A model generated the notes under the pieces. The model worked only from the letters and a program-made list of their open reading frames with translations, did no database searches and was not told where the DNA came from. From positions 5,842 through 69,841 of the forward strand of contig JAWBCC010000001.1 of the NCBI GenBank assembly GCA_038823825.1: a stretch of DNA of 64,000 nucleotides, in the 5' to 3' direction. Position numbers and translations under genes: made by a program. Shown one piece after another: positions 58,056 through 64,000 of the stretch. Position 1 is the first letter of the stretch; every line of letters starts with the position of its first letter. The stretch is from Candidatus Hadarchaeales archaeon. GTDB taxonomy: Archaea; Hadarchaeota; Hadarchaeia; Hadarchaeales; Hadarchaeaceae.

Positions 58056-58889
58056 GTGAAGGTCAAAGATGCGATGACTCGCGAGGTCAAATGGGTAGAA
58101 GTGCCGGGAGTCTCTTCAGACGCTCTAGACCTCATGAAAAAACTCGGCACGAATGCGGTCCCGGTCGTTCGGAAGGACACGGAGGAGTTTGTTGGCATGG
58201 TTTCAGCTCAAACAATTCTTGAGAATCCGGATGAGAATCAATTAGCCATGCTTGTCGACCGCGATGTTCCAACTATTTCTCCTGACGCAGATCTCGGCGA
58301 GGCAGCAAAACTGATGTTTGAGAAAAACGTGCGCAGACTCCCAGTTCTTAAGGAGAAAAAGCTTGTGGGGATTCTCACCGTAAGAGACATCCTAAGGAGA
58401 GTAATAGCGGCCATGAATATAGACAAGCCGGCTGAGGAGTTCATGCGCCCCCATATGATTGCGGTTTGGGACGGGACCCCCCTGAAAGTTGCCGTTCACC
58501 TTCTCAAGCTTTCGGGCTTTCGTGTGCTCCCCGTGATAGACGATGAGGGTAAACTGGTGGGTAAGCTGAGCGACACCGACGTCTTAAAAGTGTCCGATGT
58601 GGACATTTCCTCGACCGTTGGACAGCTCACGGGCAAAAGTGAAAGTGATAGCTGGGCCTGGGACACCGAGGCGCGAATCTACATAACAAAAAAAGAACTG
58701 AAACTTCCAGATAAACTCGTGAGGGATGTCATGTCGCCAAAGCTCATAACGATTTCTAGGAGCACACCGGTCGGCGAGGTCTCGAGAATGCTCGCCGAGA
58801 GCAGAGATAATGAGGCGTTCGTTCTCGGCAGCTCAGAGGAACTTTTGGGTCTGGTTAGGGACATCGATCTGCTTAAAGTCCTTTTCTGA
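58056..58889 (+). CDS. CBS-domain protein (four CBS motifs). Start placed at the GTG preceded by GGGGAGGA; the ORF begins at 58029.
   Basis: Repeated CBS pairs (MTREV...VPV, LPVL...LVGILT, and others). Confidence 0.7.
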   Translation: MKVKDAMTREVKWVEVPGVSSDALDLMKKLGTNAVPVVRKDTEEFVGMVSAQTILENPDENQLAMLVDRDVPTISPDADLGEAAKLMFEKNVRRLPVLKEKKLVGILTVRDILRRVIAAMNIDKPAEEFMRPHMIAVWDGTPLKVAVHLLKLSGFRVLPVIDDEGKLVGKLSDTDVLKVSDVDISSTVGQLTGKSESDSWAWDTEARIYITKKELKLPDKLVRDVMSPKLITISRSTPVGEVSRMLAESRDNEAFVLGSSEELLGLVRDIDLLKVLF

Positions 58890-58926
58890 TTCCAAAACCG
58901 TTTTTATTGATGCGAGCACTTGAGAT

Positions 58927-60483
58927 TTGGAGAAGATGGCAGAAGCAGAAGACTTGATGGATTTGCTCATCCGTAGAGGATTCCTCTGGCCAGCTTTCGA
59001 GATATACGGTGGAGTGGCAGGGTTTTACGACTATGGTCCTCTCGGCTCGATTCTCAAATGGAAAATCATAGATCAGTGGAGAAAAATATATGTTTTTGAG
59101 GAAGGCGCAATCGAAATTGATAGTCCGACTGTGACTCCAGAGGAGGTTCTGCGTGCGAGCGGCCATGTCGAACATTTTCTGGACCTGATGGTTGAGTGCA
59201 AAAAGTGTGGTAGCGCTTTCAAAGTTACAGATTTTTTGGCGGAGGCAGCGGGAGTCAACGTTGAAGGCATGAGTAAAGAGGAGATTTCCCGGATAATACG
59301 GGAAAGAAACTTAAAATGTCCGGATTGCGGCGGGGAGTTCGGCGAGGTCTCCGAATTCAACACGATGTTTAAGACGGCGATTGGGCCTGGGAGCAGAAGG
59401 ATAGCATATCTGAGGCCTGAGACTGCACAGGGAATATTCATCAACTTCAGGCGTCTCTTCAGGATTGCAAGGGGAAGACTCCCACTCCCGGTTGTTCAGA
59501 TCGGAAGAGGATACAGAAACGAAATTTCTCCTAGGCAGGGTGTGATCAGGTTGCGAGAGTTTACGATGGCGGAGGCAGAGGTTTTCTTTGATCCGAAGAA
59601 TCCAAATCATCCTAGGTTTGGAGAAGTAAGGGATGAGAAGCTTAGGCTATGGCCGGCTAAAAATCAAATGGATGGAAAGGGCGAAATCGAAGTTACGGCG
59701 GACGAATCTGTGGAAAAGAAAATCGTTTGTAACGAGTTGATGGCTTACTATCTCGTTCTTACAAAGAGATTTTTGAAGAAATTGGGGATCCCTGAAAACG
59801 CGATACGTTTTAGAGAACAAACCCCTGCCCAGCGAGCTCACTATTCATCGGAAACCTGGGATGCGGAGGTTTTCACACGCAGATTCGGCTGGGTGGAGGT
59901 CGCTGGAATCGCATACAGAACGGATTACGATCTCTCCAGACACATGAAATACAGCGGAGAAAATCTCACGGCGTTTATAGAAAACCGAAAGGAAAGCGTG
60001 ATTTGTCATGTTGTGGAACCTTCTTATGGTATAGATAGGCCTCTTTACTGCGCTCTTGAGCACGCATATGTGACTGACGGCGAGAGGAAATATCTCAGAC
60101 TTCCGAAAGAGCTGGCTCCAGTCGAAGTGGCTGTTTTCCCCTTACTCAAAAAGGACAGACTCGTCGAAAAAGCTAGAGAAATATGGGAAAATCTCCGGAG
60201 AAGCGGATTTCTCGCTGAGTACGATGATAGCGGGTCAATAGGCAGGAGATACGCGAGGGCGGATGAAATAGGTACGCCATACTGTGTAACCGTCGACCAT
60301 CAAACGCTCGAAGATTTGACTGTCACCATAAGGGACAGAGATTCGACAAAGCAGAGGAGAATCAAGATTTCAGATCTTTCTCAGGTTTTGCGTGGCCTCA
60401 TTTCCGGGTCGTTGGACTTTTTCTCTGTAGGGTCAGAGTATAAAGGCCGAGAGGAAGGGGAGCACGAGGAAAACGAAAATTAA
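58927..60483 (+). CDS. glyS: glycine--tRNA ligase (archaeal/eukaryal alpha2 type)
   Basis: Class II aaRS motifs and a GlyRS-specific N-terminus (RRGFLWPAFEIYGGVAGFYDYGPLG). Confidence 0.85.
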   Translation: MEKMAEAEDLMDLLIRRGFLWPAFEIYGGVAGFYDYGPLGSILKWKIIDQWRKIYVFEEGAIEIDSPTVTPEEVLRASGHVEHFLDLMVECKKCGSAFKVTDFLAEAAGVNVEGMSKEEISRIIRERNLKCPDCGGEFGEVSEFNTMFKTAIGPGSRRIAYLRPETAQGIFINFRRLFRIARGRLPLPVVQIGRGYRNEISPRQGVIRLREFTMAEAEVFFDPKNPNHPRFGEVRDEKLRLWPAKNQMDGKGEIEVTADESVEKKIVCNELMAYYLVLTKRFLKKLGIPENAIRFREQTPAQRAHYSSETWDAEVFTRRFGWVEVAGIAYRTDYDLSRHMKYSGENLTAFIENRKESVICHVVEPSYGIDRPLYCALEHAYVTDGERKYLRLPKELAPVEVAVFPLLKKDRLVEKAREIWENLRRSGFLAEYDDSGSIGRRYARADEIGTPYCVTVDHQTLEDLTVTIRDRDSTKQRRIKISDLSQVLRGLISGSLDFFSVGSEYKGREEGEHEENEN

Positions 60484-61392
60484 TGTGGTATGAAACATCA
60501 GAGCTCCATAATATTCTACATCCAGTTTGAAATTTTTGGCTAGGATGAGATTGAAAGTTCCCGGAGGCATGGCGGAAAGAAGAAGCGCGGCTTTCGGAGT
60601 CAGTGCACTTTTGAAATCAAAACCCAGTAAAAGAAGCGTAAGAGATGTGGCGAGAGGCCCGATTATGAACCTAAACAAACTTACTCTTGATAAATCACGT
60701 ATGTGGCTACGTGGACCCGTGACGGTGAGCAGATAACCAGTGAAGAGCAGCATCAGGGCTAGAAAGACTGGTGACAGGTAGAGGTCAAAGAATTCTATGG
60801 CATAATCAGAGATATGAATGTTTAAAAACAGAAAGAAAAAAGCCACGATTGTTGCGAAGACTGCAGGAAAAGAAAAGACTCTCGCTAGAAGTGGGGGAAT
60901 TCTGCTACCGCGGCCCGTTAGCATGTTGCAGAGGAGAGTTCCGATGAAGACATGTAGAATGGAGACACCCAGCGCGAACGCGATAGCCGGGGCGAGATAT
61001 TCGCTTCCTAAAACGGCGTAGACCGCGGGCAGACCGAGATAAGCGACATTCATGAACCCGGAATTCAGCGAGATTGCAAGAATCTTCTCTTTACTTTCTT
61101 TCCTCAAGAATGATATCAGGATAGACAGCAGGAGACAAACGGAGGAACAGAACATTCCGATTAGAAACGCCGCTAGAAAGCCCGTGATCTCACCTGTTTC
61201 AAGCTTCATAATGGAGATAAATGCAATCGACGGGAGTATTGCCCAGACTGCGAATATATTCACGGATTCGAAGAAATGCTCCACTGGTTTTTCAATTTTC
61301 TTCCCTTTCGCAAGCATCCTAGTGAAGAGTCCTAAAAACACAAAGACCAAAATGTAGAAGATTTCGATTACCGGTTGCAATGGTTTGATCAT
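60433..61392 (-). CDS. AEC (auxin efflux carrier/malate permease) family transporter
   Basis: About 10 TM helices with AEC-like topology. Confidence 0.65.
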   Translation of the reverse strand: MIKPLQPVIEIFYILVFVFLGLFTRMLAKGKKIEKPVEHFFESVNIFAVWAILPSIAFISIMKLETGEITGFLAAFLIGMFCSSVCLLLSILISFLRKESKEKILAISLNSGFMNVAYLGLPAVYAVLGSEYLAPAIAFALGVSILHVFIGTLLCNMLTGRGSRIPPLLARVFSFPAVFATIVAFFFLFLNIHISDYAIEFFDLYLSPVFLALMLLFTGYLLTVTGPRSHIRDLSRVSLFRFIIGPLATSLTLLLLGFDFKSALTPKAALLLSAMPPGTFNLILAKNFKLDVEYYGALMFHTTLIFVFLVLPFLSAFIL

Positions 61393-61696
61393 CCGCTCAT
61401 TCTCGTTTTTGTGTCTTTTCTACTTTTTGCAGGAGCTAATTTCGGCGCGTGAAATGACTCTATGTAGAGTTAGATGTTTCGCCAACCTCTCACAGGATTT
61501 TTCATAACAATCGAGATTTCGTACGTCCATATCTCTCACACTCGACCCAACTCTTTTCTAGTCTGTTTATCGCTTCTTGGCTTTTCATTTCTGCTACCTT
61601 TTGTTCACTAAATGAACGCTCTTCTCACAAATGTTTACTTTATGATATATACAAAAAGATAGATAGCTTTAAATATATCCACTAAAAGATACATAA

Positions 61697-62221
61697 ATGG
61701 GGGGTATGCGGAAAAAAGCGCTATGGCTGATATTTCAAGAAAAACCGTCAAGATTATTGCTCTTTTTGAAAGAAACAGGAAAAAAAGTTTATCAAACAGA
61801 AATTTCTAAAAAAATTGACGCGACCTTTGCCCATACGTTGAGAATTCTAGAAAATATGGAAAAAGCTGGGCTAATAAGGTCAGAAAAGGAGGGAAAAGTC
61901 AAATATATCTATCTAACGGACGTAGGTTCGGAGGTTGCTGCTCAGATAGAGACCATCAGACGGTTGATTGAAATATCCGAGATCGAGCAGAAAATAACTA
62001 ATATATACGAGTCAACTGTGAGAGGGAAGCTGCCGACAGAGATCGACCGAGAAGCGGTGAAAAGGGAGTACATCGGACTGAAAAGAAAGCTGGCAACCTT
62101 TTTCTCGGATCCAAACCATTTCATAGCTCTGAAGTCGAGAAAAGTAGCCGCCAAGATCGATATGATACTCGCGGAGGTCCTAGGCCTTCCACCGGGGACG
62201 GAATTTACTCTTCAAGAGTAA
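61697..62221 (+). CDS. winged-helix transcriptional regulator
   Basis: N-terminal wHTH (YQTEISKKIDATFAHTLRILENMEKAGLIRS) followed by a coiled-coil C-terminus. Confidence 0.45.
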   Translation: MGGMRKKALWLIFQEKPSRLLLFLKETGKKVYQTEISKKIDATFAHTLRILENMEKAGLIRSEKEGKVKYIYLTDVGSEVAAQIETIRRLIEISEIEQKITNIYESTVRGKLPTEIDREAVKREYIGLKRKLATFFSDPNHFIALKSRKVAAKIDMILAEVLGLPPGTEFTLQE

Positions 62222-62288
62222 TCTACCGAAAGATGTCCAAGCATAATTTGGCTTTCGGATGGCATTTGAGGGGGATGAACTCGGCTAG

Positions 62289-62474
62289 TTACCTTTTAAA
62301 AGGTAATTCGCTTGAGGCGCTGAAGGGTGGTGTCCGCGAGATTATTACGCTTGAAAGGTATTTTTGATACCTATGAAAGGTATTGAAGACTTGGAATTAC
62401 TTTTGATGAAGGACAAATTACTTTTTAAGAGTAAAAATGAAGAATGTGGAGTAACCGTTACCTTTTATAAGTAA
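62289..62474. promoter_or_regulatory. array of related palindromic operator-like motifs (TTACCTTTT-AAAAGGTAA family) between two wHTH regulator genes
   Basis: Perfect 18-bp palindrome at 62289-62306. AAAGGTAT/ATACCT units at 62354-62382. Degenerate copies TTACTTTTTAAGAGTAA (~62419-62435) and TTACCTTTTATAAGTAA (~62458-62474). Confidence 0.45.
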
Positions 62475-62530
62475 TCAGCTAAAAGATAATGTGAAAACGA
62501 GAAAAAGGCTAACAAAACCGGCAGAGGGAG

Positions 62531-62881
62531 GTGGGAGAAATGGAAGAGAGAGGTCCGGAGAGGCTGCTCATGCTGGCATATGGGAATCATCCGAGAAGTG
62601 CTTCGCTAAAGCCAGAGGCGGTCAAACTGCTGAGAGTCTTGCGAGAGGGTCCAAAGACCATGGCAGAGCTGGCAGGCGCTTTGGGGATAAACATCGAAAC
62701 TCCAGGTGGAAAGAAACACTTTTTCACACTCATCAGGCCGCTTAGAGAAACGGGAATGATCGCAGCGAGAAGAGCCGGTGGAAAAACGATCTATCAGTTG
62801 AGCTTTGACGGTTTCAACCAGTTCTGGAAAGAAGTGAGAAAGGAAGCGGAGTACTGGCTTCAAGAAAAGTCAGAAGGATAA
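62531..62881 (+). CDS. ArsR/wHTH-type transcriptional regulator
   Basis: HTH segment TMAELAGALGIN and a wing. Confidence 0.5.
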   Translation: MGEMEERGPERLLMLAYGNHPRSASLKPEAVKLLRVLREGPKTMAELAGALGINIETPGGKKHFFTLIRPLRETGMIAARRAGGKTIYQLSFDGFNQFWKEVRKEAEYWLQEKSEG

Positions 62882-63211
62882 GTGAAAATCTTTAAATTCT
62901 GCGGTAGATTGTGGAGGGAGAAAATGACGAGAAAGACGGGTAAAGCTTTACAGCGGGCGAGACTTCAGATGCGTGCAGCCAAGTTAGCTAGAATCAAGAG
63001 AGAACTAGCCGAGCACGGAGTAAGTTTGCGGCCATCCAAACCACCCAAGAAGGCCTTGAAAGAAAAAGAGGAGGAAATAAAGAAACTTTACCAAGAACTT
63101 TTCCCGACAGAAGCCGAATCCATCGAAGAGGAAATAGAGGAAGTCATAGAGCCTAAGCCAAAGAAAAAGGAGAAACCAGCAGAGGAGACGGGAGGGCAAC
63201 AGCAATCTTGA
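62882..63211 (+). CDS. Lys/Glu-rich small protein (GTG start abutting the previous stop)
   Basis: Low-complexity charged C-terminal half. Function unknown. Confidence 0.3.
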   Translation: MKIFKFCGRLWREKMTRKTGKALQRARLQMRAAKLARIKRELAEHGVSLRPSKPPKKALKEKEEEIKKLYQELFPTEAESIEEEIEEVIEPKPKKKEKPAEETGGQQQS

Positions 63212-63765
63212 AGTCCAGATATCTCGGATTAACTGCCCCAATTGTCGCCTTTCTCTCAATCATAATCTCGATCATTCTTTCTCCAGGTTTCTCATTTACG
63301 AACAACGCTCTGAGCGACCTGGGTGTGTGGAAAAATCACGGCATAATTTTCAACGCAGGGCTCGCGATTTCCGGATTCATGATTGTCATTTTCTCTGCTG
63401 ACATGTTCCGGAGAGCCCGCAGTCCTTGGAAATCAGTTTCCGCATCCACCATTCTTGTTGGAATCTTCCTCGTCTTTGTTGGAGTTTTCAATGAAAACTT
63501 TGGAAAGATACACTTTCTTTTTTCAGTTCTCTTTTTCGTTTCTCTCGCGTTTGTGATTTTGCTTTCTATTTTTCTACTGATTCGTGCCAGGCAACATCTT
63601 TCTGCAATGATTTTCTCTCTTCTCTTTCTTTGCGCAGCGGCAAGCTGGCTGTTACCGCTTATTGATGTCGTCAGCAATGTGGCGATCCCGGAGACAGTTT
63701 CGGCTTTAGTCGGGTGTGTATGGCTAATCTGGTTGGCTTTAGACAGCCCTCTCAGCAACCTTTAA
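63208..63765 (+). CDS. integral membrane protein (about 5 TM)
   Basis: Hydrophobic helices. 4-nt overlap with the upstream ORF. Confidence 0.45.
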   Translation: MKSRYLGLTAPIVAFLSIIISIILSPGFSFTNNALSDLGVWKNHGIIFNAGLAISGFMIVIFSADMFRRARSPWKSVSASTILVGIFLVFVGVFNENFGKIHFLFSVLFFVSLAFVILLSIFLLIRARQHLSAMIFSLLFLCAAASWLLPLIDVVSNVAIPETVSALVGCVWLIWLALDSPLSNL

Positions 63766-63810
63766 ATAGGGAAAAAACGAGCATTCTTCACAAAATCAGA
63801 GGTGTGATAT

Positions 63811-64000
63811 TTGGCGAAACTCAAAAAGAAGGGAAGTCTAGGCAAGACGGAGGAGGGGGAGCTGGTTCTCGTAAACGACGAGGGACAGGCTTTTTCTGCA
63901 GGTGAAGTCGTTATCTTCGTCTGGGATATGTGCGACGGCGAGATTTCGGAGGAGGACCTTTTGAAAAACCTCTGCGCAGAACTCGAAATAGACGTCGAAG
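63811..64000 (+). CDS. PqqD-like / RiPP-recognition-element (RRE) domain protein, 5' part (TTG start; continues past the window end)
   Basis: This frame is open to the window edge, so it is absent from the ORF track. It reads LAKLKKKGSLGKTEEGELVLVNDEGQAFSAGEVVIFVWDMCDGEISEEDLLKNLCAELEIDVE, matching the PqqD consensus (LN.ta..iW.l.DG..t..ei...l...y.vd). Confidence 0.4.
   Translation, partial: MAKLKKKGSLGKTEEGELVLVNDEGQAFSAGEVVIFVWDMCDGEISEEDLLKNLCAELEIDVE

Noticed and set aside
62491-62745. 84-aa ORF overlapping the ArsR-like regulator in another frame
   Set aside because: The alternative frame (62531-62881) has a clear HTH and wing. This one is Arg/Gly-rich and low-complexity.

Overview
Archaeal chromosomal window, about 45-50% GC and densely coded. 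Archaeal markers: an initiator tRNA with A1:U72, RNA polymerase subunit D, a proteasome beta subunit, diphthine synthase and SepCysS. Left end (1-6314, minus strand): a collinear pyrimidine operon, pyrF-pyrE-pyrB-pyrI-pyrK-pyrC-pyrD-pyrG. Then a large purine cluster (purN, purD, purF, purE, purB, folD, MTHFS, purM, purS, purL, purQ). It is followed by a sulfur-handling group: a SufS-like cysteine desulfurase, SepCysS, thioredoxin reductase, desulfoferrodoxin and a ThiI-like PP-loop ATPase. Two loci encode giant secreted CBM/PKD-rich glycoside-hydrolase-like surface proteins, each preceded by a small secreted protein that shares its post-signal motif. One is at 6433-11100 (+) and the other at 33208-38367 (-); the second also holds a truncated GH paralog. 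Right half: the pabB/pabC-like pair, ilvCD, asd, Ogg2 and two ABC-2 exporters. A roughly 3.7 kb AT-rich island (about 49940-53686) lies between tRNA-iMet and tRNA-Leu and carries two DNA methyltransferases plus unknown partners; it is a candidate restriction-modification system. After it come rpoD-S11-S4-S13, psmB, glyS, two wHTH regulators flanking an array of palindromic motifs, and a truncated PqqD-like (RiPP-recognition) gene at the window edge. Four tRNAs are called (Ile-GAT, Lys-CTT, iMet-CAT, Leu-GAG) plus Ser-GGA. Two genes show apparent frameshifts (pyrC near its start, sufS near its end). No rRNA, CRISPR array or transposase was seen.
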